Below, in pieces: positions 37,591-51,014 of a stretch of DNA of 64,000 bases. A model generated the notes under the pieces. It saw nothing but the letters and a program-made list of their open reading frames with translations. It was not told the origin of the DNA and did no database searches. This stretch comes from Camelus ferus (taxonomy: Eukaryota): positions 19,096,001 through 19,160,000 of the forward strand of contig NC_045702.1 of the NCBI RefSeq assembly GCF_009834535.1. Reading direction: 5' to 3'. The position numbers and the translations under genes were made by a program. Position 1 is the stretch's first letter; each line of letters opens with the position of its first letter.

Positions 37591-37867
37591 CCCAACAGAT
37601 ATAAAGGAACAATTGTAGCTGACGAAAGGAAGTTTGTTTTTTTTTTATAGAATATTCCAAAAATATTAAATAAAAGGAATGCTAGAATTTTAAACCTGCC
37701 ATTTGATAACCACTAATGAGTTCATGGATCAAGGGCTAGGCAATGACTGTTAGACTGCTGACGTCAGGAGGAGAGAAACAGACGCTACCTTCTAACCCAA
37801 GGAAGTACGTGCTACCACCCAGGGAACAGGCCAGAAATTCAAACATGAATCCGATCAAGCCGCTCAA

Positions 37868-38079
37868 CCAGGGTGTGGGAAGCTTTTTCTTAGCAGCTGG
37901 TTATAAACATCTTATGCTTGGGGGCCACACATCCTCCACTGATGCTACTCAGCTCTGCCGCGGTGGCTCAGACACAGCCACAGACAGTACGTACACACGC
38001 AGACCCATCTGTGCTTCTGTAGAACTTTAGTTACAGAAACAGGGGGCTGGCCCACAGGCCATAGTTGGCCAACCCCTGC
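37868..38079 (+). mobile_element. MER58A-like hAT-Charlie MITE
   Basis: cagggtgtgggaagctttttc...ctactcagctctgccg...ggcccacaggccatagttggccaacccctg. Confidence 0.75.
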
Positions 38080-39234
38080 CATAGACTCTAGATCTAACTT
38101 CAAATTTACGAAAAATACAGAGGACAGAGGAACACATTCAGTGAGACCACAGGGATCCAGTCAGCAAAACCCAGACTGAATTCTGAAGCAAACTCTTAGG
38201 ACAAAGTACCTAGTTTCTTCAACAAAAAGGCAGCAAGAGATGAAAAGAGCTGGAAAGGAAACTCACACCTTGTATGAGACATAAAAGTAATCAAAACATT
38301 TGGGTCTTAATTCCAACAAACTGAGAAAAAAATGAGATAATCGTGGAAATGTATAATGATATTAAGGAAGTATTACTTCTTTTAGGTGTGATAATGGTGC
38401 CTTGTGGTTATATTTTCAAAGCAGTTTAAACCTTTAGAGATACATACTGAAATACAGATGGAATATGCCTGCGATTTGCTTCAAAATAATTTGGGGTGAG
38501 GCAGGGGTGGGGCTATGGCTGAAATTCGACTGACTGTGAGTGGGCTGGTTTTGAGGTCAGATGAAATGACTCCATGGGGGCTGTAGTATCTCTATTTTTG
38601 CATACGTTTGAAGTTTTCCATAATTAAAAGTTAAAATAAACACAAAATATATCCCAGATTTAGCGGCAGAGATGAAATATGTAGGCATAGATGAAGAAAA
38701 ACAGGTTTTAGTTTGCTGGACAGGAGTCCTTTGGAACAATTAAGAGGAATTAGATTGATGGGGTTTAACCTGTTTGTCCCTTAGAATTAGAGTCAAAGAC
38801 AAGCTGGAGTGAATCAGATCTACCCTGCCATCTCCGAGAAACCCATCACCTCCCAACCCTCTCAGAGGGAAGGAAGTCCAAGTGGGCCAAGGCGTGGGGC
38901 TGAGGGCCCAGGGCACTGCAGGGTGCTCGTCAAATATGTGTATGCCCTTCCTTGTAGCAGAATCTTGATTTCTTCAGAGATGCCAGTGCCCATTTAAAAA
39001 TATTCAGCCCCTCAGACCCTCTGGCAGTTAGCTGAGCTAGTTTTGGCCACTGAAATATAATAGGAGTCTTTTGATCAAGGCTCCCAGAAAATACATTATT
39101 TTCTGCATTAAAAGGGACATATTCAGCAGGTGTACCCATTCTAGCTTATTCTTGCCCAGGTGTAATTGCAGTGCCCGAAGCAGCAGTAGCAATCTCGTAA
39201 CCATAAAGGTAAAAGTGACACACCACGATGGTGG

Positions 39235-39415
39235 GGGTGGAGAGAGAGGATGAATGAATCCGCTTGAGCGAACCTGGGAGGTCACGAAGCAGGGAGTCAC
39301 TGCCCAGGCCTGCCCTGCCTGGACTTCATGTTACGTGAGAAAACAACCTCCTACGTGGTCAGTCCACTGTTGTTAAGTCTTCTGTGACAGTGACCCAACA
39401 CAGTGACTTACTGAT
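39235..39415 (+). mobile_element. MLT1-type LTR 3' fragment
   Basis: ctggacttcatgttacgtgagaaaacaacctcc...ttaagtcttctgtgac. Confidence 0.45.
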
Positions 39416-39419
39416 TTAA

Positions 39420-40050
39420 CAAGTTCCCTAAAACCCCAGATATCCTGAACTAAACTCCTCACCTCTAATCTGTCTTCCAGTCGCTCACAGCTCCTTAAGC
39501 GGCAACGCCCATCCTGAAGGCATTCGACCACCAAAACTCTTGACTCCTTCCCCTCTTACTGCATATTCGGTTGAATAGCCAAGCCTGCTGGGCCCAGAAA
39601 CTAACCTCCAGCCCCTCCTTATGGCTGCAGTCCAGGTCACCATTTCTCATTTCAATACCTCCTGAATGGGCTCCTGTTTCAACCCTTGCCTCCTACAGTC
39701 TGTTCTCCACCATCACTCCATCAATCAAGGGTTCTTTTTGGATTGTAAGTACCTTATGTCAACCCTCTTCAAAATCCAAAAATGCCTTCTCATCTCGCTA
39801 CGGATAAGAGCTAAAGGTCCACCCATGGACTTCCAGTTCCTGTAGGACCTCAGCTCCAGTCCCCATTCACTCAGCTCCAGTCACACTGGCTGCCTTGATG
39901 TTCCTGGAATGAACCAAGCGGGCCTCGGCTTTAGACTCTCATCTTCGCTCCTGGCTCTGCCTGGAACCCTCTTTACATATTTGGCCCTATGGCCATTTTC
40001 TAAATTCCTTCAGGTCTCCTAAATGTCACCAGACCAGAGAAGACTTCCAA
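39420..40050 (+). mobile_element. L2 LINE fragment
   Basis: cttgcctcctacagtctgttctccacc...cagtcacactggctgccttgatgttcctggaa. Confidence 0.6.
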
Positions 40051-40059
40051 GCTGGCTAC

Positions 40060-40525
40060 CGGCTTGTTTGCCCTCAGATCCTCTTCCCACTCTTGTCTGT
40101 CAGCTGCGTAGCAGGATCTGCATTTCCTGGGCCCTCAGCTTCTGGTAGGTTCAGCCCATTAGAGGCAGAAGAATGGAGGCAGGCAGGAAGGAGGAAGGGG
40201 TCAAGGGATGTGTCTCTCTCCAGTCTGTGTCTCTGGCCATCACTGTGTCTTCTCTGAGACTCAGGTTCCACCATGCAGCTCCTACATACATCTGGGGTCC
40301 CAGCTCCCACTGGACAGGCCCAGCACCACCCCAGGCTCCACCAGGCGGCTGCAGGACCTGGCCTCCAGGACCACCCCCACCTCCCTCTGTGGGTCCTGTT
40401 GCTGCTCATCTTTCAGTTACCGTGCTGTCGCCTGTGCAGTTTTCAGCTCGTGGATCACCGGTTTAGTTAGTTCCCCATATTAAATCCCTTCTGTTTGAAA
40501 CACGAACTAATCCTGACCAGGCCTG
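40060..40525 (+). mobile_element. LTR33-like ERVL LTR
   Basis: ggccctcagcttctggtaggttcagccc...attaaatcccttctgtttgaa pattern. Confidence 0.5.
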
Positions 40526-41060
40526 ATTGATAAACCTTCCCTGATGACCTTAAACAAAATACCCTCCACTCTACTTGCTGTCACTCTATCACTTACCCTG
40601 CTTTACTTTTCTTTAAGCTCTTATCAACACCTGCTAGAGTTTGTATCTGTTTCCTTAACTGCCTAATTCTCCACTAGAATATAAGTGACAAGGCAGCAGG
40701 GCTCTGTCTGCTGCATGGAGCCTGGGACATGGTACGTGCTCACACAAGGGAGCAAATGCTTTCTCATTCCTTTAAGAGATGCACACACTCTGTGTCTCAG
40801 GCACCAGACACGGGAGACAGCGTGGCAAATATGACAAGCTTTCCTATTAGACTGATTGTCACTCTGGCCACCAGCAGGGGTTGCAGTGAGAACCCAGCCC
40901 CTCTTGGGCTTCAGTGCATTTTAATTATCCTGTTTTTCATTTGTGGTGGTTCTGAAAAGGAGTGAAAAAGTATGTGTATTAAAAGTGGACGCTCACTGAA
41001 GAGGGGGATCAAATGTATTGTGAACATGTGTCAGACTCCCCATAGGGAAACACCACTCAC

Positions 41061-41683
41061 CTGACCTGGAGAGGGATCTTGGGCACCTTCTTAGAGACCT
41101 TGAACTGGCCATTGTCCCCACAGGTGTCAGTGAAGTACACTCCGGCCACACTGGTCACCTGGTTCCCTGGGAACTTGGACAGCACCTTGTCACTGCCGTG
41201 CTCATTGGCCCAGCACCAGGCCTGGCCCCCGATGAGCAAGCCCCCTCCACATTTCACAAACTGGATCAGCTCTGCAGTCATGGTGTCATCGTAGGCATCG
41301 ATGCAGTAAACCCCCAGGGGTTCTCCCGGTTCTGGCTGAACCTGGGCCTCAACCCCAGAGCCCTGCAGGATGCTGGCTAGTGATGCCAGGGATGGGTGCA
41401 CTCCAACGGGAGCCCCACGTGAGGGACAGAGCCAGCCCACTGCATTGAGAAGAAATGGGGCCAAGCCAGCCTCCAGTAGGTAGCCCTCGTGGGACACAAC
41501 CACAAGGCGGCCTTGACCATAGGAGGAGGCGGCAATGAGGACCTGGCCCTGGTCATTCACCATGACTGGGAAGGCGGCCTCTCCAGTCAGAAGGAGTTCA
41601 CTGGGGATGGGGTCTTTGGGGACATCCCAGCTTGTCACTCCAGACATGAGGGCCTCAAAGGCAGCAGCCGGAGTTGTCGCCAT
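41061..41683 (-). CDS. TCAF2: TCAF2 exon 2, first coding exon (623 coding nt; exon begins at 41694)
   Basis: ctgcag|CTGATTGAACCATGG; [24 protein letters not shown]...KVPKIPLQV; donor GTC AG|gtgagt. Confidence 0.95.
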
Positions 41684-43179
41684 GGTTCAATCAGCTGCAG
41701 CAGAAGAGAGCAAAGACTCAGTTTGGTCAGAAAAAACGAACGAGTGAAAATTCAAACAACTAAATGCATTCATATGAAAACCACTTGCCAGGTTCCCCAA
41801 AATATGCCAAGCCCTGGGGGTGTGGCAAGGAACACAACAAAGTCCCTGCTTTCATGAATCTGATACTTGAGGTGGAGAGGGACAGTAAATAACTCGTTAG
41901 ATAAACAGATAAAATGCAGCAATTAATAATTGTTAGATAAAAATAAAACAGGGATGTGATATCGAGCAACTGGAAAATTACTTTCGATTGGGTGGCAGGA
42001 GAGGCCTACATGAGAAAGTGACATTGAAGCTGAAACCTGACATTTAAGTCATACATACATGACATAAAGGCCCTTCCCTGCTGGCTTCCCCTCTTTCCAG
42101 GATTTGTCCTCCCCACGTCCTCACTGCAGTGCTGGGCTCACTGCTCAAATCAGCTACCTGCACTCAGGTCCATCTGTCAGGCTTTGCTTTGGGGAACGGT
42201 GTCAACAGACAAACACCAAACCCTTCTGCTCTGTCTGTCTCATCCTTCCTCCCTCCTGTGTCCTACACCGTCAGCCGCCTCATTTAGTTCATCTTCTTTC
42301 ACCAGTCTCTCCACTATTGGTCCCTGTGGTTTCATATGGTTTCTGTCCCCAGGATGTATTCTTATCTACAGCCATCTTCAAGCCATCCGACTCACATGTC
42401 TTCCTAATCAGAACCCTCCAGATTCATCTCTCCCCTGAGGGAAAAACAGTGCCTCCCCCAGAATTTAAGCCTCCAGGGTCTGTGCTCTCCAGATTTTTAG
42501 ACTTTTTTCCTTTCCCTTTCTCCTCCAAATCTTTAGTAGGCTTGGCTCTCTGAGCACTCCCTGTATTTCCAGGAAAATTCTAGCTTCTTTTTTTCTCTTT
42601 TAACTTCCTTCCCAAGTACTACCTCTTTCTTAATATTGTCTCCAGGAAAGTGAATTCACAAAAGAGCACCAGTCCCCAGCTGGAGAATGGAGCCAGTGCG
42701 TGCCTGACCTCAGCTTTCGGGAAAAGGCAGCGGGAGGTGAGGAAGCCTGAGGTTGAGTTAACTGCCTCTGACAAGCCAAGAGAGGTCTTTCAGGAATTTG
42801 AGCCTCCCTAGTTTTACAAGAAAAATAACTAAAAAACCCCAGAAAAAAATATGTTCTCAGTACTCTGACCCCAACTCTCTATAGCTGCGTGCACGCGCGC
42901 ACGCACCCACCCCCACACAAGCACCCTCCACGCCATCACACATCATTTATCAAATTCCTGACCCACAAATTCAAAGAGGTGACAGAAAAGTGTTTTGAGA
43001 AAAGTAGCAAAGAGCGAAAGAATGGTGAAACGAAATAAAAACATGAGCCTAAGAAGAGACAGACACCCCGATTGCCGCGAACGTTCTCAGGCCTGCGTCT
43101 GGCACCTCGGGGCGCACCACCGTATCCAGGTGCTGGCCCCCGCCCCTCCCCGCGGGCCTGCTCGGACCGGCGAACTTAC

Positions 43180-43250
43180 GCTAGGACCGCAGAGGTGCGC
43201 AGCGCAGGCTGGAGAGCGAGGACTGGGCAGGGGCGCGGCGCGCGGTCCAG
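43180..43250 (-). other. TCAF2: Candidate non-coding first exon of TCAF2 (proximal)
   Basis: Consensus donor AGC|gtaagt at 43179-43174 just downstream of the GC boxes; the 5' end is a guess. Confidence 0.55.
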
Positions 43251-43529
43251 ACCTGCGGCCGGGCCGGGGCGGGGCGAGGGGCGGGGCCCCGGGGCACCTC
43301 CGCTAGGCCCCTCCCCGCCCGCTGCACCTGGGGCAGCGCCCTGCGAGGCGGGTTCCCTCGGCCTGCGGGGCATCGGGCCCGACACCGCCCCTCCTAGACC
43401 CTCCGAGGGTTCCTGCAGTGCCAGAGGAGCTCCGCAAAGTTACTGTCACACTTGGTGAGGAACATAAACGCCAGGTCTCCAATAAATCAGACTTGGGGCG
43501 GACAGTCCCCCAACGACGACGTAACTCAC

Positions 43530-43750
43530 GGCCGAGGATCTGCCTTGGCCCCTCATGAAGCCGGACACCCTCCCCTCCGGTCCTGGGGTGTGGCGTCCAA
43601 GAACCGCAGCCGCCGCGTCACCCCCGTCCCGGCCGCTCCCGCGTTGAGGGGCTGCCTCCTGGTGGTCAGCACCCGGCCGTGCGCCCCGTGCCGGGAAAGA
43701 TAAGCGACGGTCCAGGCAGCTCAACCAAGAGAACCGCGTCTGGGAGTGTA
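43530..43750 (-). other. TCAF2: Candidate alternative non-coding first exon of TCAF2 (distal)
   Basis: Consensus donor GCC|gtgagt at 43529-43524 inside the CpG island; the 5' end is a guess. Confidence 0.4.
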
Positions 43751-44729
43751 AACAGAAATGCTGCCCAGTGATGTGTCTTACAGCGCCAGGCACGTCCATT
43801 CCAGCTGAAACTATAGAGTGGTCGCAGCCTGAATTTCTATCAAAGAGGGTTGAGAAGGTCAAAATCAAGGTGCAAGAGCTCTGGATTTGGCCGAGAATCT
43901 GATTTTGCATAGCCTTGATCAGCAGAATGCTATTTTTACTTCTAGGGAATTTTTGTTTTTTTAAGGGGAGAGAGGGTACAGGAAGGGAGCAAGGGGTAGG
44001 GGAGTGAGCGTTATGCCTTGAGGGTGATTATGGAGAAGGGGGCTTTGGATCCCTGTTTTTTAAATCTCTCCCTCCCACTTTGGGGTTACCACTGGTTATA
44101 CATGTAAATCATTGCACTGCTTATAAAGTTACCAGATGTGTCTATTTTTCTTAAAGGTTCATGACTGTCTCTTTAGAAGCATTATTTAAAGGCAGCAGTT
44201 ATTCTCACACCCTCATTGAATTTTAGCACTTCGCTTGTATTCTCTTCTGTCTTGGGGGCTCATCAAGGCCAGTGTCTTCTCCAGATCTCCAACCCATTCT
44301 CTTTATAAAATAGGTAGCATCTCCTCCAGGATCTTGCTGTCCGATTCCTTCTCTTTTTTGTGTTTTCTTTCTGTAAATGTCTTTTTGACTTTTTCCTGGA
44401 TAAAAACATACCTCTGGTATATTCCCTTCCTTGCCTCTTTGAATAGAACCTGTCATTTATTCCCTGCAGCTCACCCTCTCCTTTGCCAAGAATGAGGCTC
44501 AGACGTGGGCAATCCAGCTGCTGGTGCTGCTTCATTTCCTTCCCGAGGTGGCCAGTGGACTCCTTCCCAAGCCCAGGCTCCACCCTTGCCTCCTTGCCTT
44601 CAGAGCACGCTGCGTAGTGCTCACTGACTCTTCATTTTCACTCTTTCTCTCTTAAACTAACATAATGGTATATCATTACTCTGTTTCTCTTTGGAACTTT
44701 ACTAAAATGTATTTTCAGCATAGCCTCTG

Positions 44730-44755
44730 CGTGTGTGTGTGTGTGTGTGTGTGTG
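44730..44755. repeat. (GT)n microsatellite
   Basis: Dinucleotide run. Confidence 0.9.
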
Positions 44756-44871
44756 AAGGCAAGGATTTCAGAAGAACTTGATAATCATGGTTACTTCTGA
44801 TAAGTGATTCCAGGGTATTTAGGAATGGAAAACACTTTTCCTTTTCATCTAGTGTAGTTCTTTTTTAATAT

Positions 44872-45691
44872 GTAACTTTTCTTTTTCTTTCTTTTTTTTC
44901 TTTCAGTTTTATTGAGATATAATTGACCTACAACACTGTGTAAGTTTAAGGTGTACAGCAGAATAATTTGAGTTACATACAGCATGAATTTATTACGACA
45001 GCAGCAAGTTTAGTGAACATCCATCATCTCATATAGATGCAAACTTAAAGAAATAGAAAAGTTTTTTTTCTTTGTGATGAGAACTGTTAAGATTCACTCT
45101 CTGAATGATTTTCATGTAAGATACAGCATGTTAATCACCTTTATTGTTTTGTTCTTTACATCCCTAGGGCTTATTTATCTTATAACTGGAAGTTTGTACC
45201 TTTTAACGGCTTTCATCCAATTTCCCCTCTCTCATTTCTTCCCCCACCCCCAGCATCTAGTAACCACAAATCTTATCTTTTTCTATGAGTTTGTTTGTTT
45301 TTGAAATATAATTAACCTACAACACTGTGTTAGTTCCTATTATGCAACATTGTGATTTGATATTTCTATACATTTAAAAATCATCACCATTATGTCTAGT
45401 TGTCATCTGCCAATGCACAAAAATATTATGTAATTATTGAATGTATTCTCCACACTGTACATTTTATACCTGTGACTGATTTATTTTGTAACTGAAAGTT
45501 TGTACCTTGATCTCCCTCACCTGTTTTCCTCCTCATCCTCCATCCTCTCCCCTCTGGCAACCTCCTGTTTGTTCCTTATCTTTTTGCTCTGTTTCTGTTA
45601 TGTTTGTTCATTTTTTTGTTGGTGTTTTTAGGATTCCACATATAAGGGATATCATACAGTATTTACCTTTCCTATCTGATTTATTTTAGTT
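44872..45691 (-). mobile_element. L1 3' end (L1MA/laurasiatherian type) running into an N gap
   Basis: T-rich start, ttattgagatataattgacctacaacactgtg...gattccacatataag; internal duplicated 3' segment. Confidence 0.8.
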
Positions 45692-45841
45692 NNNNNNNNN
45701 NNNNNNNNNNNNNNNNNNNNNNNNNNNNNNNNNNNNNNNNNNNNNNNNNNNNNNNNNNNNNNNNNNNNNNNNNNNNNNNNNNNNNNNNNNNNNNNNNNNN
45801 NNNNNNNNNNNNNNNNNNNNNNNNNNNNNNNNNNNNNNNNN
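45692..45841. other. Assembly gap (150 N)
   Basis: N run. Confidence 1.
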
Positions 45842-46930
45842 AATTAAACAACTATAAAATCAGATGAATTTATATAGATACTGAATTGGCTACAAATTAA
45901 GTGCAAGGTAGCAGAAAGGAAGAAGCAATTATTTCTAATTAATGTATTGGAGAAGAACTTATGGAGATGACACTAAAACTTAGCTCTGGAAAAATATGTA
46001 TGATCTTTGTGGGGAAATAAAAGTGGAAGTCTTCACAATATGAGGCTACATCATAGTCCATAGCATGGAGATGTGAATGTGAAAAGCTTGGCTTGGGAAA
46101 GAGAAAATGTTCATCATGACTGAAGCTTGTTAACAGGACTTCATATATATAATGCTAGCTCTGTGAGGCGTTTGGGCCACATTTTGTACCACCAAAGTCT
46201 GGTACACTAAGGAATTTGGATTGTAATTTACAGTCTGGAGGAAGGTTTTTTAGAAATGTTGTGTAGGAAACAGTGAGGTTTATCCCCTCAACATCTATTC
46301 CCTGTCCCACCTCTGTTGCCCTTTCTAACCAAATCCCAGTTTTGCAGATAATCTACCTCTCCCCTACGAGATTCAGTGGGAAATGAAGCCATTTCCAGTT
46401 CCAGGGGTGGATATGGATTAGCTTGAGCCAAGTGTGTTAACCTGTGCCCTTTGCACTGCAGTGACTGGGTTTTCTGAGTTGTAAATAATAGATTTGCACA
46501 AATCCTATCATAATTGTTCAGCACATGCAAGAAGCATACACAAGTCAGAACTGTGATTGTTATCAGTGGTACATCAGTCCTTTTTTATCAAATAGAGGAA
46601 AAACTCACAGTAATTCCAGTTTCTCACTGAGTCAAGTGCGGGGGTTACTTTGTGTACGTGCTTTCCAACAGTGGGCTGGCATTAATAGTCACTGGCTTCC
46701 TTCTTCAAGTATTTTTAGTTATGAGTTAAACTTAATGTGGTCCCGTATATTCTTTCCATAAAGGGCCTCAGGAATCTGAAAAGGATTAGCCACACTCTAA
46801 TTCAGGAATAGAGATGGATGGATCCTCCTATGTGCATTTACTGGTATGAATCACTGGGGAGGTTTATTAAGTCACTGTTTAGGATGGTCCAGAACAGGTG
46901 GCTACAGCTGTTTTAAGACTGACTGAGTAC

Positions 46931-47365
46931 TATGGTGGCCATGGAAATGTTCGGCTCAGATCTCCAACTGCAGGGAGTGGGTATGTAACTGACAGACAGC
47001 CCCAGCAGGTGCTTTCTGGAATCCTTGGCGCCAAGACCATGCTGCCCAGAAGCTCCTGCTGGCCAGTGATTAGGGATGGTGGAGATACTAAGGTGGGCCC
47101 ATTCCTAGAGACATGGGACTCTTTTGGTGGGTAACTTTGGCTTAAGGGCTCCCCAGTGGCCTTGATGAAACTTTCTGCGGTGCAGTGCAAGCCATCCCTT
47201 CTTTGACTCATTCCTTCACAAGGGTTAAAACCACATCACAGTCTGATGGCTCTCCCAGCCCCCTCTGGGTCCCTCTCCATTTTCTCTCACAAGTGTTTCC
47301 CTTAATAAATCTCTTGTACACCTGACCTTATCTGGCTTCTGCCTCTTGGAGGACCCCAGCTAACA
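46931..47365 (+). mobile_element. LTR16-like ERVL LTR, preceded by a probable internal remnant (about 46760-46900)
   Basis: ctcagatctcc near the 5' end; aataaatctcttg...ggaggacccc.gctaaca 3' end. Confidence 0.7.
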
Positions 47366-48959
47366 TAAGTACTGTTATAATTATATCTCCTAACATTAAA
47401 ACGCTCAAGTGTACTTGTTAAAATTGTATTGCGACGGGAGCAAAGAGCAGAGTCATGAGCTTGGGAGTATTTACGAAAGACTTATCCACTACATTTTTCC
47501 TTCTTTAGTACATGTATGATAACCTTTATTCAAATTACAGCATGATCTATTCCCAAGGGCAAGTTCCTGCCTGCCTGTTTATTTAAAGCAATGAAGCTGG
47601 AGTTTGCTGCTTCTCTTGACAGGTGCCCAGCCCTAACTCAAAGTTATAAAGGTGGTCATATTCTCCCTTGGTGTATTTGTGAAATTAATGTGGGCTTATA
47701 TTTTCTTTTTGGGTCAGAGGTGTATGGGATACACATGGTAAGGGCCAGCAATATTCTAATCACAGAAGATGTCTTGGAAAATATCACTGCCACTTCAGAG
47801 GTATCCAGGCTGAAACTCTCTTCCTCCAGTAACGAACAAGGGAGGGAGCTTCATACATTTCTAAACTCCTGTTTCCAGGTCAGGCATAAAGTTTGATTTT
47901 TACTGAAGTTTTCAGCCATCTGAGAGCCAGTGGAACTGACTTAGCCCAAGGCTGAGACAGGATGTTCTTCCTCTGGCTCTGAAATATCAGACCCAATGGG
48001 TAGGCATGCAACAGATACAATTTCCTATAGTGGCGCCTACACCAGTGTGAATTATACATCTTCAGACACAAACCCACAAGGGTTGCAGATACTAAGATGC
48101 CACAGGGGCTAGTGTATGGGGATTAGGAATCATGGAAGGTTAAATATCTCCATAAGAAAATCCCTACAGAGGAAGACTGTGTCAGAGTTCCTAGTCCTGT
48201 GGGAGCAGCAACATTATTATCTTTCTTGTAAATGCAAACAATTATTTCCAAATGGATTTGTGCCAGAGTTCCTGTGACATTAAGGTCTTCCTTCACAAGG
48301 CTTTCTATTATATATTGAGACTTGCGATCCTAAGTGTCTTTTAATTTTAACTGAGGATGAATGGACATTATTTGGCTTGGGCAGGTGGGGGAGGAGAAAG
48401 GGTGGATATGGAATAAGAAACCAAGAATAACAGCCTGAGTTTCCCACTGCTCTCTCCACATTTGTCCTGATGCATATCAATGTGTAAGACTAAGCGTTCA
48501 TTGCTATGCAAATTTAGTCATTTCTTTCCAGGTCAGTTTTCTCCATATGAATTTGGTTCCAAATTCCACTTAGATTGGATCCATTAGGCCATTGACAGGG
48601 GCCCAGGAATTAGTGTCAAAAAGTATTGTCATGTCTCCTTGGGCATCCAGGCTTTTTGGCAGAGGGCATAGCAATCACTGAGATAAACCCATCTTTCTTT
48701 TTAGTCAGAGAAATTTCAAGAGGGAGAAGCTGCAAAATTTACCGTGAAGTGTGTGTTGGCTTCATGGTGTGAGGACAGACATTCAAAAGTTGTGAGTTTC
48801 CGTCAGGTCAGTGGCTCCGTATCGTAACGTGAAGGTCAGAAACCTGTGCTCGAGACTTACATGTGAGAGAGTGGCCCTTGACTCTTCTAGGGATCAAATG
48901 CATGTCTGCGTTGCTTCTCTCAATATGCCAAGTATGATTTTACCCCTCTTTGCCATGAA

Positions 48960-49300
48960 TTCTTTATGGTTTCTCTAATCATTTCCTTCAAGAATCTGCT
49001 CAAAAATCACCTTACCAGAGAGGCTTTCCTGGACCTCACTACATAAAACAGCAACCACGCCCATTTGTCCAGTCCCCTGCCCCAGAACACTCTCTTCCCT
49101 ACCCTTAGTTTTATATTCCTTCACAGTACTTACCATACCTGTTGTATGTTTATTTGCTCATTTTTATGTTCAAACTGGAGCATGGGCAGAGCTTTATTTG
49201 GTTTATCTTGTATTTATTTGTTTATCTTGGTATTTCCCGTCCCTGTAACACTAACGAGCATTGCAGTTAGTGTTCAATACATGTTTATTGAATGAATTTT
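48960..49300 (+). mobile_element. L2 LINE 3' end
   Basis: gagaggctttcctggacc...gttcaatacatgtttattgaatgaat. Confidence 0.6.
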
Positions 49301-50218
49301 TAGGTGACTTGATGGCTAGACTGGAAGAGGATGCCCAAATGTGGGAAATGCATCTTACAGAAGCCAACATTGTATGATGATTAATGAATGTTTAAGAAAC
49401 ATGTTATGAATGCTTCTTAAAAGAGGGTGGGTAAAACAAGAAAGGCTTGAATTTAACTTAAGTAAGTATTTCTTGAGTGGCTTCATCTAGTTTAGTGCTA
49501 AAAAATACTGAAAATCTGGGTGAGGACATAGATCTTTACTACCTTAATCTCCTGTCCCAATGGAGCTCATAAATTTAACAAGGGAAGTTTGATCAGTGAA
49601 GAAACAGTTTCTATTACCCCTTTCAACCAAGCTTTATCTATCTAGTGGAAAAGTATCTTTCGGTTTCTGTTTTAAATTTCAGTTCCTTCTGTGTGGCCCA
49701 ACCATAGCAGTTAGCAAGCGAATTTACATGGATTGGAAAGGTATATTGTTACTCCTCCCGGGTGAAAGCAAACTGCTACCCTCATGACTACTCTCTGTTC
49801 CTCCCAGGAATGCTCTGGAGTCTACATTTGAGGAGTGGGGATGTTTCAGACAGTAAGTGAGTGCCCCCTAAGTATTGAGTATGGCCCCAACTTCACTTTA
49901 GTTTATAACAAGACTACAGCCAAATTGGGGGACCATCCAGGCACCATCCTTTCCTAGGCGATCTCTTGTGTGCCTTGTTATCTTTTCTTCTAATTTGTCC
50001 CTTATGCTCAGTCAACCGACGTGCAGTTTTGAATTTTCTGTAAGGCAAACAAAGGCTTTTTCTCTACTCTTTTGCATTGAGAAAGAAAGAAAGAAAAAAA
50101 AAAGAGCAGCCCCTGACACCCAGGATGTCATCTGACACTCAAAGCTAGAAGGAGGCCACGTTTGCTCCTGTTGGACGTAAACAATTTCACAGAACGTAGA
50201 CATCAGATGCAGTCACTC

Positions 50219-50603
50219 TGAGACTAGGCTAAAGGAGATCGAAGCAAGTTCTCTGGGCAACCACAAAATACCAAACATACCACTTTCTCGTCTAAAGTAA
50301 CTGCTCCTTTTTGAAAAAACAGTTACAACTTTAAGCTTACTTTAGTCAGCTCTTGTTAAAGATAAGATTTATTGAGAAACTCAATCATAGAATTGCCCCT
50401 GTATCCAATTGATAGCATCCAGTCCAGAACAAAGCCTTGCTTCTTTTGACCCTCCCCTAAACTACCGAACGAAGCCACAACACCTTCTTACTGAGATGGC
50501 CCCAGTTCCCCAGGCTATGCACTTCCCCCAGCTGCAATGAGTAATATGTCCAACTTGTTCAACTACAGGTGTGTTCCTCATCTCCGGCTGGAGGGCCCTA
50601 ACA
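50219..50603 (+). mobile_element. MER54/MER74-like ERVL solo LTR
   Basis: 3' end ttgttcaactacaggtgtgttcct...ggctggagggcc.taaca resembles MER54. Confidence 0.6.
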
Positions 50604-50880
50604 CCATCAACCACTTTACCCGAGGACATTCTCTCCTCTCACCCCATCAAAGGCCCTTCTTTGTCCAGTACCAGAGAAGCTTTATCCAAAAGGTCACTTG
50701 GACACTATTGACATGAGTCAGCAGTTTTCCCTTTTATAGTTCATCTCAGAGTTTCCCTTGGAGGACCTGAGATTGAAGTCGGCTCTAAGTTTTGATTGTT
50801 TGTCATCAATAAATAAGTTCATAGTGCCAGTCCTTTCGTGATTAGATGTCAAAGGCTCTAAGGCTTATTATTGTTTCTTT

Positions 50881-51014
50881 TTTTTTTTAACATTTTTTTA
50901 TTGAGTTATAGTCATTTTACAATGTTGTGTCAAATTCCAGTGTAGAGCACAATTTTTCAGTTATACATGAACATACATATATTCATTGTCACATTTTTTC
51001 CCACTGTGAGCTAC
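50881..51014 (-). mobile_element. 134-bp 5'-truncated young L1 3' end with TSD
   Basis: poly-T start, ttattgagttatagtcattttacaatgttgtgtcaaattccag; 15-bp TSD tattattgtttcttt at 50866-50880 and 51015-51029. Confidence 0.8.

Larger units (their letters stand above)
36600..38560 (+). mobile_element. L1MC-type 3' region, fragmented by nested SINE, MER2 and MER58
   Basis: ttctaaataccattttccactaaaa...ggagaaatggctgatcttgggtctggggcagggaa signature. Confidence 0.6.
42880..43750 (-). promoter_or_regulatory. TCAF2: CpG-island promoter of TCAF2 with GC boxes
   Basis: Dense CpG/GC-rich stretch; tandem GGGGCGGGGC Sp1-type boxes at about 43262-43290; 1.5 kb upstream of the first coding exon. Confidence 0.8.

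Noticed and set aside
42995-43910. GC-rich ORFs in the CpG island
   Set aside because: Stop-poor because of GC content; low-complexity G/P/A/R translations with no recognisable homology.
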